Shown: one piece after another, positions 20,138-29,726 of the stretch
Numbering within the stretch: the stretch's first letter is position 1
Layout: each line of letters starts with the position of its first letter
NCBI GenBank assembly: GCA_963758635.1
Contig: CAVWWD010000003.1
Span: 288,001-352,000 of the forward strand
Origin: an uncultured Candidatus Rokubacteria bacterium
Lineage (GTDB): Bacteria > Methylomirabilota > Methylomirabilia > Rokubacteriales > CSP1-6
Reading direction: 5' to 3'
DNA: 64,000 nucleotides
The notes under the pieces: generated by a model
What the model was told of the DNA's origin: nothing
Database searches by the model: none
The model's input: only the letters and a program-made list of their open reading frames with translations
Translations under genes and position numbers: made by a program

Positions 20138-20288
20138 CCCTCCGAAGCCCTCTCCCCGCGAGGGGAGAGGGTTGGGTGAGGGGGGACATGGTCAGGCAGT
20201 GGAAACAACCGCCACCCCTCCGAAGCCCTCTCCCCGCGAGGGGAGAGGGTTGGGTGAGGGGGGAGATGATCAGGCAGTGGAAACAACC
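20138..20288 (+). repeat. Family B element, two tandem copies, period 78 bp
   Basis: CCTCCGAAGCCCTCTCCCCGCGAGGGGAGAGGGTTGGGTGAGGGGGGA(C/G)ATG(G/A)TCAGGCAGTGGAAACAACC; TCCGAAG at 20141 and 20219. Confidence 0.93.
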
Positions 20289-20322
20289 GGAACCTAACCG
20301 TGAACCTCCGAACGGCAGACGC

Positions 20323-21204
20323 ATGAAGCGGAGCGTCTTTCCGAACCGGGTGCTCCCCTACCTGCTCGTGCTGCCCCAGATCGCGGTGACCGTCGTCTTC
20401 TTCTTCTGGCCGGCGTGGGAGTCGCTCCGCCTGTCCGTCTACCGGACCTCGGCGTTCGGCGACAAGGTCACGTTCGTCGGCTTCGACAACTTCGCCCGGC
20501 TTCTCGCCTCCGCCGACTACTACCAGTCGGTGGTCAACAGCTTCGTCTTCGCGTTCGGCGTCACCGCCATCGGGGTGGGGGCGGGGCTGTTCGTGGCCGC
20601 CCTCGCCACCCAGAAGATCCGCGGCCTCGCCGGCTACCGGGCCGCGGTGCTGTGGCCCTACGGCATCGCCGCGCCCATCGCCGGCATCATCTTCCTGTTC
20701 ATGTTCCACCCCTCCTACGGCGTGCTGCCCTACTGGCTGTCCTTCGTCGTCGCCTACGAGTTCAACTGGCTCCTCAAGGGCTGGATCGCCATGCTCCTCG
20801 TGATCGTGGCCACCGCGTGGACCCACGTGGGCTACAACATCGCGTTCTTCATCGCCGGCCTCCTCGCCATTCCCGCCTCGGTGCTGGAGGCGGCGAGCGT
20901 GGACGGGGCGGGGCCGATCACGCGCTTCCGCGCCATCGTGTTCCCGCTGCTGTCGCCGATCACGTTCTACCTCGTGGTCGTCAACCTGATCTTCTCGTTC
21001 TTCGGCTCGTTCGGCATGATCCACGCCGTGACGCAGGGCGGACCGGGCAACGCCACCGAGATCATGGTGTTCAAGGTCTACAAGGACGGCTTCATCGGGC
21101 TGAACATGGGCTCGTCGGCCGCCCAGTCCGTGGTGCTGATGCTGGTGGTGATCGGGCTCACCGCGCTGCAGTTCAGGTTCCTCGAGAAGAAGGTCACGTA
21201 TTGA
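20323..21204 (+). CDS. ugpA: Glycerol-3-phosphate ABC permease
   Basis: LPYLLVLPQ..FFFWPA, EAASVDGAG loop, FPLLSPITFY, TQGGPG. Confidence 0.9.
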   Translation: MKRSVFPNRVLPYLLVLPQIAVTVVFFFWPAWESLRLSVYRTSAFGDKVTFVGFDNFARLLASADYYQSVVNSFVFAFGVTAIGVGAGLFVAALATQKIRGLAGYRAAVLWPYGIAAPIAGIIFLFMFHPSYGVLPYWLSFVVAYEFNWLLKGWIAMLLVIVATAWTHVGYNIAFFIAGLLAIPASVLEAASVDGAGPITRFRAIVFPLLSPITFYLVVVNLIFSFFGSFGMIHAVTQGGPGNATEIMVFKVYKDGFIGLNMGSSAAQSVVLMLVVIGLTALQFRFLEKKVTY

Positions 21205-22097
21205 GCCCCGACGGCGCCGTCGCCGCCCCCGCCCGCGTCGCCACCCTCCCCGTGGCCGCGGAGCGGCGCCGCCGGCCGCTGGACTGGGGCTCGATCGTCG
21301 TGCACGCCCTCCTCATCGCGTGCGTCGCCGTCATCGCGTTCCCGCTCTACTACGCCTTCGTCATCTCCACCCAGACGGTGGACCAGGTCATCGCCCGGCC
21401 GCCGCTGCTCCGGCCGTCCGACCACGCGCTCGACAACTACGTCGACGCGTGGACGCGCGCCAAGATGGGCCGCCTGCTCGTCAACAGCGCGATCGTGGCC
21501 GTGGTGTCCGCGGTGGGCAAGATCGTCATCTCCATGCTCTCCGCCTTCGCCATCGTGTACTTCGACTTCCGCGGCAAGGCGGTGGCGTTCTGGATGATCT
21601 TCGTGACCCTGATGCTGCCGGTGGAGGTCCGCATCATGTCCACCTACGAGGTGATCGGCAACCTCGGGTGGCTGAACAGCTACGCCGGCCTCACCGTGCC
21701 CCTCATGGCCTCGGCCACCGCGACGTTCCTGTTCCGCCAGTTCTACCTCACGATCCCCAACGAGATGGTCGAGGCGGCCCAGCTCGACGGGGCGGGGCCG
21801 ATGCGCTTCCTGTGGTCGTTCCTGGTGCCGCTGTCGTGGGCGAACATGGCCGCCCTCTTCGTGGTGCTGTTCATCTTCGGCTGGAACCAGTACCTGTGGC
21901 CGCTCATGATCACCAACACCGAGGCCATGCGGGTGGTCGTGATCGGGCTCCAGGACCTGATCCCGCGCACGGGCACCCACGTCCCCGAGTGGAACGTGAT
22001 GATGGCGGCGGCCATGATGGCGCTGCTGCCGCCGGTGGCGGTGATCGTGTTCATGCAGCGCTGGTTCGTGAAGGGCCTGGTGGAGACCGAGAAGTGA
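21201..22097 (+). CDS. ugpE: Glycerol-3-phosphate ABC permease
   Basis: TLMLPVEVRI, PLMASATATFLFRQF, EAAQLDGAG, WNQYLWPL, MQRWFVKGLVETEK. Confidence 0.92.
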   Translation: MSPDGAVAAPARVATLPVAAERRRRPLDWGSIVVHALLIACVAVIAFPLYYAFVISTQTVDQVIARPPLLRPSDHALDNYVDAWTRAKMGRLLVNSAIVAVVSAVGKIVISMLSAFAIVYFDFRGKAVAFWMIFVTLMLPVEVRIMSTYEVIGNLGWLNSYAGLTVPLMASATATFLFRQFYLTIPNEMVEAAQLDGAGPMRFLWSFLVPLSWANMAALFVVLFIFGWNQYLWPLMITNTEAMRVVVIGLQDLIPRTGTHVPEWNVMMAAAMMALLPPVAVIVFMQRWFVKGLVETEK

Positions 22098-22932
22098 CCC
22101 GCTGGGTCCTCGTCAGCCTCGCCCTCGTCGCCGTCGCCGCCCTCGTGGGCCCGCCCGCCTCGGCGGGCCGTCCGGTCGTCCGTGGCCGCCCATCGCGGAG
22201 GGGCGCTCCTCTGGCCGGAGAACAGCCGGCTCGCCTTCGAGAGCGCGGTGAAGCTCGGCGCGGACTTCCTCGAGCTCGACGTGCACCTCTCGCGCGACGG
22301 CGAGGTGATGGTGATCCACGACCCGACGCTCGAGCGGACGACGACGGGCACGGGCCCCGTGCGCGAGCGCACCGCGGCCGAGCTGCGGGCCCTCCACCTC
22401 AAGGACCAGGCCGGCGCGGTGACACGGGAGGTCGTGCCCACGCTCGACGAGGTGGTCCAGGTCGCGGCGCGCGGCCGCCGGCAGCTCCTCCTCGAGATCA
22501 AGGTGGACGACCGGCGGCAGCGGTACCCGGAGATCGAGGAGAAGACGCTGGCCGTGCTGGACCGCCACGGCATGGGGCCGTCCACGATCGTGATGGCCTT
22601 CGAGGCCGAGACCTGGCGGCGGATGCGCGAGCTCCGCCCCGGGCAGCGCGCGGGGGCGCTCTACTCGGGGCGCACCCTCGCCGCGCTCGCCTCCGACGCC
22701 CCGCGCGAGATGGAGGCGGCCCACAAGGCCGGCGTGGCGTTCGTCGGCCTCCAGCACGCGCTGGTGACGCCGGCCACCGTGGCCCTCGCGCGGCGGCTCG
22801 GCCTCACGCTGGGGGCCTGGACGGTGAACGACGCGCCGGGGATCGAGCGCGTGATCCAGCTCGGCGCCGACGTGGTGATCTCCGACCGCCCTGACCTTGC
22901 CGTTGCGCACACGCGGGAGGAAAACCGAATGA
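22094..22932 (+). CDS. Glycerophosphodiester phosphodiesterase with signal peptide (frameshift near 22170; stop probably the ATGA overlap at 22929-22932)
   Basis: AHRGG..PENS, ELDVH..DG..VIHD, PTLDE, EIK, WTVND, ISDRP. Confidence 0.85.
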
Positions 22933-24056
22933 GACGGTTCACGATCGCGACGCTGCTCGTCGCCGCCCTGGTGGCGGCGCTTGCCCTGGTCCCGGTGGAG
23001 GCGCAGGCCCCCATCGAGAGCGAGCTGGCCCTGATCACGCCGGTGTCGAAGTTCATCCACGACGCCGCGCTCAAAGCCTTCGCGGACTACGCGAAGGAGC
23101 GGTGGGGCGTGACCGTGAAGGTGAACGCGATCCCCGCGGGCACCCCGGTGGCCTACGGGCGCATCACGGAGTGGAAGGGCAAGCCGGACGTGGACATCTT
23201 CTGGGGCGGGGAGTCGGCGCTGTTCGAGAAGCTCGCCGAGCAGAAGCTCCTGCAGAAGGTCGAGATCTCGAAGGAGGCGTGGGAGTCGATCCCCGCGTCC
23301 ATCGGCAAGCCCAAGCCCATCCCGCTGAAGGACAAGGACGGGTACTGGGTGGGCACGGCGCTCGAGCCCTACGGGCTCGTCTACCATCCCCGGCGGCTCC
23401 AGCGCCTCGGCGTGCCGGAGCCGAAGGACTGGGAGGACCTGCTGCACCCCAAGCTCAAGGGCGAGGTCGCCCAGTGCGCGCCCACGCGCTCCTCGTCGTC
23501 GAACGCCACCTACGAGGTCATGCTCTCCGTGCACGGCGAGGAGAAGGGCTGGGACTGGCTCCGGCGCCTCGCCGGCAACACCGGGCACTTCACCGCGCGG
23601 AGCCGCGACGTGCCGACGGTGGTGGCCAAGGGGGAGTTCGCCGCGGGCTTCGCCGTGCCCTCGTACATGGCGTTCGAGGAGAAGCTCGCCGGGTTCGACA
23701 TCAAGTTCGTGGCGCCGAGGAACTCCTTCGTGACGCCGGAGCCGATGGCCATCCTCGCCGGGGCCCGCAACCCGAAGGCGGCGCGCGCCTTCATCGAGTT
23801 CCTGCTCACCGAGCGCGGCCAGCGGGTGTTCATGGAGCGCGGCCTCTTCCCCATCACCCCGAAGTACAAGGTGCAGGGGCCGGCCGGCTCCACCGCCGAG
23901 CTTGCCGTGCAGTTCACCGGGGGCGTTCGCTCGTACTTCGATCAGGAGGTCGCCAACGTCTACGACGAGGACGTGGCGACCAAGCGCTCCGAGGCGCTGA
24001 AGACGAAGTTCCGCTCCGACATCGAGGCGAAGTGGGAGGAGCTGAAGAAGAAGTAG
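22929..24056 (+). CDS. ABC transporter substrate-binding protein (Fe3+/2-aminoethylphosphonate/polyamine class)
   Basis: Own SD (GGGAGG) and signal peptide MRRFTIATLL..VEAQ; DIFWGG, PKDWEDLL, ARNPKAARAFIEFLL. Confidence 0.85.
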   Translation: MRRFTIATLLVAALVAALALVPVEAQAPIESELALITPVSKFIHDAALKAFADYAKERWGVTVKVNAIPAGTPVAYGRITEWKGKPDVDIFWGGESALFEKLAEQKLLQKVEISKEAWESIPASIGKPKPIPLKDKDGYWVGTALEPYGLVYHPRRLQRLGVPEPKDWEDLLHPKLKGEVAQCAPTRSSSSNATYEVMLSVHGEEKGWDWLRRLAGNTGHFTARSRDVPTVVAKGEFAAGFAVPSYMAFEEKLAGFDIKFVAPRNSFVTPEPMAILAGARNPKAARAFIEFLLTERGQRVFMERGLFPITPKYKVQGPAGSTAELAVQFTGGVRSYFDQEVANVYDEDVATKRSEALKTKFRSDIEAKWEELKKK

Positions 24057-24087
24057 TGGCGGCCGCCGCCGCGCCGGGGCCGGCCTG

Positions 24088-25161
24088 ATGGACATCACCG
24101 TGGCCGCGGTCACCAAGCGCTTCGGCGCGGTCACCGCGGTGGACGCGGCCGACCTCGTCGTGGGCGACGGCGAGCTGTTCACGCTCCTCGGGCCCTCGGG
24201 CTGCGGCAAGACCACGCTCTTGCGGCTCCTCGCCGGCTTCTACCAGCCCGACGCCGGATCGATCCGCTTCGGCGAGCGCGTGGTGAGCGGGCTGCCGCCG
24301 TACGAGCGCAACATCGGCATGGTGTTCCAGAACTACGCGCTCTGGCCCCACATGACGGTGGCGGGCAACGTCTCGTACGGCCTCCGGCTCCGGCGCCTGC
24401 CCGCCGCGGAGATCGCGGCGCGCATGGACGAGGGGCTCCGCAAGGTGAACCTGGGCGGCTTCGAGGGGCGCTACCCCGGGCAGCTCTCGGGCGGCCAGCA
24501 GCAGCGGGTCGCCCTCGCCCGCGCCCTCGTGCTGAACCCGGACATCCTGCTCCTCGACGAGCCGCTCTCCAACCTCGACGCGAAGATCCGGGTCCAGGTG
24601 CGCGCGGAGATCCGGAAGCTCCAGCGCGAGCTGGGCATCACGACCGTGTACGTGACCCACGACCAGGAGGAGGCCCTGTCGCTCTCCGACCGGGTCGCCG
24701 TCATGCGGGACGGCAAGGTGCTCCAGATCGGCGTCCCGCGGGAGCTCTACGAGCGTCCGCGCACGCGCTTCGTCGCCGACTTCGTGGGGACCAACAACCT
24801 CCTGCCCGGCCGCGTGGCCGAGCGGCGGAACGGCGCGCTCACGGTGGACACCGAGCTGGGGCGTCTCGAGGCCATCGCGGGCGGCGACACCGCGTCGGGG
24901 CGATGCGTCCTCGCCATCCGCCCGGAGAACGTCCGGATCGCCCCCGATGGGGGGCCGCCCGCCGGAGGCAACCGCGTCGCCGGACGCGTGGCTCTCGTCT
25001 CGTACCTCGGCAACACGCTGCGGTACGACGTGGAGACCGATCGCGGACCGGTGATCAAGGCGGACATCCGGGACCCGTGGCACCACGACCCGCTCCCGCC
25101 GGGCCGTCCGGTCGAGGTCAGCTTCCCCGCCTCCGTCACCCTCGCCATCGCCGACGACTGA
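24088..25161 (+). CDS. ABC transporter ATP-binding protein (PotA/FbpC-like, TOBE domain)
   Basis: GPSGCGKT, VFQNYALWPH, LSGGQQQR, LLDEPLSNLD, YVTHDQEEA. Confidence 0.93.
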   Translation: MDITVAAVTKRFGAVTAVDAADLVVGDGELFTLLGPSGCGKTTLLRLLAGFYQPDAGSIRFGERVVSGLPPYERNIGMVFQNYALWPHMTVAGNVSYGLRLRRLPAAEIAARMDEGLRKVNLGGFEGRYPGQLSGGQQQRVALARALVLNPDILLLDEPLSNLDAKIRVQVRAEIRKLQRELGITTVYVTHDQEEALSLSDRVAVMRDGKVLQIGVPRELYERPRTRFVADFVGTNNLLPGRVAERRNGALTVDTELGRLEAIAGGDTASGRCVLAIRPENVRIAPDGGPPAGGNRVAGRVALVSYLGNTLRYDVETDRGPVIKADIRDPWHHDPLPPGRPVEVSFPASVTLAIADD

Positions 25162-25170
25162 GGCGACCGC

Positions 25171-26961
25171 GTGACGCCCCCGAGCCGATGTCGCAAGGTG
25201 CGGGCGGGCGAAGGGAGCCCGGGTGCCCGCACCTGGAATCAGGGCGGGCAAGCCCGGGCGCCCGCAGTCGGAATCGCCCGGGGCGCCCGCGCCTGGTATC
25301 CGCGCGTGGGGTTCTGGATCGGGGTGGCGGCGATCTGGGCCTTCCTGCTCCTGTTCCTCGTCTACCCGCTCTGCCGCATCTTCTACGACGCGGTGACCGA
25401 CGGCGCCGGGCGGTTCACCCTCGCCAACTTCCACGACTTCTTCACCGACGCGTTCTACCTGCGCTCGCTCTGGAACTCGCTCGTCCTGGGCGTGGCCACC
25501 GTCGTCACCAGCTCGATCCTGGGCATCGCCGTCGCCTTCCTCCTCGTGCGCTTCGACTTCCGGGGCCGCGCGCTCTTCAGCTACCTGACGATCATCCCGA
25601 TCATCTCGCCGCCGCTGGTCGGCGTGCTCGGCTTCACGTTCATCCTCGGGCGGGCGGGCACGGTGAACGTGCTCCTGATGGACTGGCTGGACATGCTGAA
25701 GCCGATCAACTTCCTGTACGGGGTCCACGGCGTGGTGCTGGTGGAGACGCTCCACCTCTTCCCGATGATCACGCTCAACGTGGTCGACGCCCTCGGCAAG
25801 ATCGACCCGTCGCTCGAGGAAGCGGCGGAGAGCGTGGGCGCGCGCGGCTGGCGGAAGCTCTGGACGGTGACGCTCCCGCTGACCACGCCGGGCTACGTGG
25901 CGGGGGCCCTCCTGGTCTTCATCTGGACCTTCTCCGACTTCGCGACGCCGCTCGTGCTCGGCGTCCAGGATCTGCTCGCCGCCCAGGCCTACCTGAACAT
26001 CGTGCAGTTCGTGGACAAGCGCATCTTCCGGATGGGCATCGTGATCTCGGCGCTGATGGTGGCGCTCGCCGTGCTGTTCCTGCTCGCCGCCCGCCACTAC
26101 GTGAGCCTCAAGGACTACTCGTCGCTGTCCTACTCGCGCATCGCGCGGCGGCGCCTCACCGGCGCGCGACAGGCGCTCGCCGTGGCCTTCCTGTCCGCGG
26201 TGCTGCTGTTCTCGTTCATCCCCTACGTGGGCGTGGCGCTGGCGTCGGTCGGCAAGGGCTGGTCGCTGACGCCGCTGCCCGTGGCCTACACGCTGCAGTA
26301 CTACGAGCGGGTCATCGTGGAGACGCCGAAGTACATCCTGAACAGCCTGCTCTACTCCGGCATCGCGGTGGCCCTGTGTATCGGCGTCGGCGTGCCGATC
26401 GCGTGGCTCCTCGGGCGCTCGACGGTGCCGGGGCGCGGCGCGCTCGACGCGCTCAACACGCTGATCCTCGCCATCCCCGGCACCGCGATCGGCATCGCCT
26501 ACATCCGCGCCTTCCACTTCGACCTGCCCGGGTTCGACCGGGGGCTCACGTCGTTCTGGATCGTCATGCCGCTGGTGCTGGCCGTCCGGCGGCTCCCGTA
26601 CACCGTGCGGGGGTCCTACGCGTCGCTCCTCCTCGTGCACCCCTCCATGGAGGAGGCGGCGGCGAGCGTCGGGGCCACCGGGCTGCGCTCGTTCCGGGAC
26701 ATCACGCTGCCCATGATCTGGAAGGGCGTGCTGGTCGGGAGCCTCTTCTCGTTCATGACCTCGCTCCAGGAGGCCTCCGCGGTGCTCTTCCTCGCGCTCG
26801 GCGGCTGGGAATCGATCACCAACGGGATCTTCGCCTTCTACATCGCGGGCAGCGCCAACGAGGCCGCGGCCCTCGGCGTGATCCTGATCGTGGTCGCGGC
26901 GTGCGCCACCATCGTCATCAACCGCGTGGCCGGCACTCGCATGGGGGGCGTGTTTGGCTAG
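25171..26961 (+). CDS. ABC transporter fused permease (FbpB/ThiP-like); true start uncertain
   Basis: Two EAA loops (SLEEAAESVGA, SMEEAAASVGA) and about 12 TM segments. Confidence 0.88.
   Translation: MTPPSRCRKVRAGEGSPGARTWNQGGQARAPAVGIARGARAWYPRVGFWIGVAAIWAFLLLFLVYPLCRIFYDAVTDGAGRFTLANFHDFFTDAFYLRSLWNSLVLGVATVVTSSILGIAVAFLLVRFDFRGRALFSYLTIIPIISPPLVGVLGFTFILGRAGTVNVLLMDWLDMLKPINFLYGVHGVVLVETLHLFPMITLNVVDALGKIDPSLEEAAESVGARGWRKLWTVTLPLTTPGYVAGALLVFIWTFSDFATPLVLGVQDLLAAQAYLNIVQFVDKRIFRMGIVISALMVALAVLFLLAARHYVSLKDYSSLSYSRIARRRLTGARQALAVAFLSAVLLFSFIPYVGVALASVGKGWSLTPLPVAYTLQYYERVIVETPKYILNSLLYSGIAVALCIGVGVPIAWLLGRSTVPGRGALDALNTLILAIPGTAIGIAYIRAFHFDLPGFDRGLTSFWIVMPLVLAVRRLPYTVRGSYASLLLVHPSMEEAAASVGATGLRSFRDITLPMIWKGVLVGSLFSFMTSLQEASAVLFLALGGWESITNGIFAFYIAGSANEAAALGVILIVVAACATIVINRVAGTRMGGVFG
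25190..25300 (+). repeat. Family D element plus two degenerate copies
   Basis: GTCGCAAGGTGCGGGCGGGCGAAG..GCCCGGGTGCCCGCACCTGGAATC, homologous to 29727-29829. Confidence 0.8.
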
Positions 26962-26966
26962 CCTGC

Positions 26967-27052
26967 CTTGCGAAGCGAGCCGGCATGCTTTGCGGAGCGA
27001 GCCGAAGGCGAGCGGAGCGCATATGGAAATGAAGTGGAAACAACCGCCAACC
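26967..27052 (+). repeat. Family A element
   Basis: TGCGGAGCGAGCCGAAGGCGAGCGGAGCGCATATGGAAATGAAGTGGAAACAACC just after the permease stop. Confidence 0.88.
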
Positions 27053-27188
27053 GTCCCCGGTGGCCCTCAACAAACCCTTGGAAACAAAAGTCTTGTCCGC
27101 CCTTGTGGAGCCCTGGAGCCTGTGCTAGTGTTCGGATTCACATGGAGCCGGAAGCGGCTCCCGTCTGCAAGGTGGAAGAGCCTCGAGC

Positions 27189-27416
27189 ATGAAGGAACCG
27201 TCGGCCTGGCGCGCGCTCGGGGCCCTCGCCACGGTCGGGTTGACGTTCGTCGTCGCCACGGCCGGGGCGACCCTCGCCGGGTACTTCGCGGACAGGTGGC
27301 TGGGCTCGTCACCGTGGCTCACCCTGGCCGGCCTGGCCGTGGGGATCGCCGCAGGGTTTCGCAACCTCTTCCGTTCGATCAAGCAGGTGGAAGGACAGGA
27401 GCGCGATGGACTGTGA
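27189..27416 (+). CDS. AtpZ/AtpI-family small membrane protein
   Basis: GYFADRWLGSSPWLTLAGLAVGIAAGFRN signature; first gene of the F0 cluster. Confidence 0.82.
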   Translation: MKEPSAWRALGALATVGLTFVVATAGATLAGYFADRWLGSSPWLTLAGLAVGIAAGFRNLFRSIKQVEGQERDGL

Positions 27417-27774
27417 CCTGGTCAGGCGCGTGACGAGCCTCACCGCGATCGTCGCGGTGGCCGCCGCGAGCCTCGCCGCGATCATCGCCGGAGGCGCGGG
27501 CGCGCTCGGCGTGGGCGCGGGCGCTGGCGTCGGGCTGGCGAGCTTCCGCTGGATCGCCCGCGGGGCCCGGCGGGCCGCGGTGGTCTTCGCCGGGGGCCGG
27601 CCGGGCGCGCTGTGGATGCTCGGCCTCGGGCTCCGCCACCTCGTGCTCTTCGGGGTCATCGCGGCCTGCCTGGCCAGTGGCGCCGCGCATCCGCTGGGGG
27701 TCGTCGCCGGCCTGTCGCTGCTGCCCCCTGTTCTCATCTTCTCGGGCCTTGTCGCGGCCGGGCGCGCCGCATAG
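27406..27774 (+). CDS. atpI: ATP synthase I chain-like membrane protein
   Basis: Four hydrophobic helices, located between the atpZ-like gene and atpB. Confidence 0.65.
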   Translation: MDCDLVRRVTSLTAIVAVAAASLAAIIAGGAGALGVGAGAGVGLASFRWIARGARRAAVVFAGGRPGALWMLGLGLRHLVLFGVIAACLASGAAHPLGVVAGLSLLPPVLIFSGLVAAGRAA

Positions 27775-27784
27775 CGAGCCGCGC

Positions 27785-28546
27785 ATGGACGCGATCGAGC
27801 ATCCACCGATCCTGAGCCTGGCCCCGCTGGGCATCCCTGATCACGTCTTCTACACGTGGCTGGTGATGGGCGTCCTCGTGGTGCTTTCGGTGGTGGCGAG
27901 CCGCAACATGGCGCTCGTCCCTCGCGGCACCCAGAACTTCATGGAGGTCGTGCTCGAGCAGTTCCTCACCCTGCTCGACGACGTGATCGGCCACGGCGGC
28001 CGGCGCTTCCTGCCCCTCATCGCCACCCTCGGGCTCTTCATCCTCGTGTCGAACCTGATGGGCCTCATCCCGGGGATGGTCGCTCCGACCGGCAACCTCA
28101 ACACCACCGCGGCGTGCGCGCTGATCGTGTTCTTCTACTACCACTACGTCGGGATCCGGACGCAGGGGTTCGTCAACTACCTCAAGCACTTCTGCGGGCC
28201 GGTGCCGGCGCTGGCCCCGCTCATGTTCCCGATCGAGATCGTGAGCCATTTCGCCCGCGCGCTGTCGCTGTCCCTCCGGCTCTTCGGCAACATGGCGGCG
28301 GGCCACATCCTGCTCGCGATCATCTTCCTGCTCACCGGCCTGGACGGTCTGCTCGGCTGGGCGCTGTCGGGCAGCCTCGGCGGGGTCCTCATGGGCATCC
28401 CGGGGGGCGCCATCCTGATCGCCTTCACCACGGGGTTCCTGCTCCCGCTGAAGATCCTCGTCGCCTTCCTCCAGGCCTTCATCTTCTGCATGCTGTCGAT
28501 GCTCTACCTGGCCGGGGCGGTCGAGGAGGCCGAGCACCACCACTGA
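27785..28546 (+). CDS. atpB: F0 ATP synthase subunit a
   Basis: VPRGTQNFME, NLMGLIP, PTGNLN, LSLSLRLFGNM, LQAFIFCMLS. Confidence 0.96.
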   Translation: MDAIEHPPILSLAPLGIPDHVFYTWLVMGVLVVLSVVASRNMALVPRGTQNFMEVVLEQFLTLLDDVIGHGGRRFLPLIATLGLFILVSNLMGLIPGMVAPTGNLNTTAACALIVFFYYHYVGIRTQGFVNYLKHFCGPVPALAPLMFPIEIVSHFARALSLSLRLFGNMAAGHILLAIIFLLTGLDGLLGWALSGSLGGVLMGIPGGAILIAFTTGFLLPLKILVAFLQAFIFCMLSMLYLAGAVEEAEHHH

Positions 28547-28599
28547 ACCGCTGCGACGAAATGGCTCCTGGCGTTCACACTCATCAAGGAGGCACGGTC

Positions 28600-28926
28600 G
28601 TGCGACGGACACTGCTGCTGACGCTGCTCACGTGGTCTGTGGTTTCCATCCCGGGGATGGCCTTCGCGGCCGACGCGCCGACGGGCAGCTGGGTCGGGCC
28701 CTTCGCCGTCCTCGCCGCCGGTCTGGGCATGGGCCTGGCATCCGGACTGTGCGGACTGGGGCAGGGCAGGGCGGCGGCGTCCGCGGTCGACGCCATCGCG
28801 CGGCAGCCCGGCGCCGCGGGCCGGATCCAGACGGTGATGATCATCGGGTTGGCCCTCATCGAGTCGCTGGCGCTGTACGTGTTCGTCATCGCCGCGATCC
28901 TGCTCTTCGTCCAGCCGGTGAAGTAG
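28600..28926 (+). CDS. atpE: F0 ATP synthase subunit c with N-terminal signal-like extension
   Basis: SD AAGGAGG then GTG; GLGQG, IARQPGA, LALIESLALY. Confidence 0.95.
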   Translation: MRRTLLLTLLTWSVVSIPGMAFAADAPTGSWVGPFAVLAAGLGMGLASGLCGLGQGRAAASAVDAIARQPGAAGRIQTVMIIGLALIESLALYVFVIAAILLFVQPVK

Positions 28927-28940
28927 GCGCCCGGTCGGCC

Positions 28941-28992
28941 CGTCCCTCTCATCGGGGCCGCGACCGAGCCCGATGGGAGGGACGCCTTTTTT
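28941..28992 (+). terminator. Intrinsic terminator after atpE
   Basis: CGTCCCTCTCATCGG ... CCGATGGGAGGGACG stem followed by TTTTTT. Confidence 0.75.
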
Positions 28993-29028
28993 GACGCGAA
29001 GGGAGACGCGCCGCGTGAGAGCCCGCGC

Positions 29029-29676
29029 ATGACGCCACGCTCGCCGTTCAAGATCCCGAAGATCCCGGAGATGACGGTGCGGCGCCTGTCCGTGTACACG
29101 CGCTGCCTGCAGCAGCTCGAGGAGGACGGGGTCAAGACGGTGTCCTCGCAGGAGCTGGCCGAGCGCTTCAACTTCAACTCGGCGCAGGTGCGCAAGGACC
29201 TCGCGTACTTCGGCGAGTTCGGCGTCCGCGGCATCGGCTACTACGTCTCGGGGCTGAAGGCGGAGCTGCAGAAGATCCTTGGGCTCGACCGGGAGTGGCA
29301 GGTGGCGCTGGTGGGCCTGGGGAACCTGGGGGCGGCCCTGTTCCACTACAAGGGGTTCGCGCGGCAGGGCTTCCGGATCTCCGTCATCTTCGACGACGAT
29401 CCGGCGAAGGTCGGCAAGACGGAGGACGACGTCCCGATCCTGCCGCTCCGCGACCTGGCCCGCGAGGTCAAGGCCCGGAACCTGCAGATCGCCATCGTGG
29501 CCGTTCCCGCCGAGTCGGCGCAGGCGGTGACGACGCAGATCGCGGCGGCGGGGATCAAGGCCGTCCTGAACTTCGCGCCCGGGCGCCTCCGCGCGGCCAA
29601 GGACGTGCGGCTCAAGAACGTGGACCTGTCCATCGAGCTCGAGTCCCTGAGCTTCTACCTCGCCCAGGGACGCTAG
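29029..29676 (+). CDS. rex: Redox-sensing transcriptional repressor Rex
   Basis: IPEMTVRRLSVY, SSQELA, QVRKDLAYFGEFGVRGIGY, VGLGNLG, LNFAP. Confidence 0.97.
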   Translation: MTPRSPFKIPKIPEMTVRRLSVYTRCLQQLEEDGVKTVSSQELAERFNFNSAQVRKDLAYFGEFGVRGIGYYVSGLKAELQKILGLDREWQVALVGLGNLGAALFHYKGFARQGFRISVIFDDDPAKVGKTEDDVPILPLRDLAREVKARNLQIAIVAVPAESAQAVTTQIAAAGIKAVLNFAPGRLRAAKDVRLKNVDLSIELESLSFYLAQGR

Positions 29677-29726
29677 GGACGCTCGGGGGGGGCGTCGGCC
29701 CGCTCGCCGGCAACGCAACGGGAAGG

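Noticed and set aside
18791..22097. Missing ugpC as a defect
   Set aside because: Carbohydrate ABC systems often share an ATPase encoded elsewhere, so this is not unusual.
22182..24056. GDPD and substrate-binding protein fusion
   Set aside because: The second half has its own SD and signal peptide, and an ATGA start/stop overlap at 22929-22932 would be restored by a single indel.
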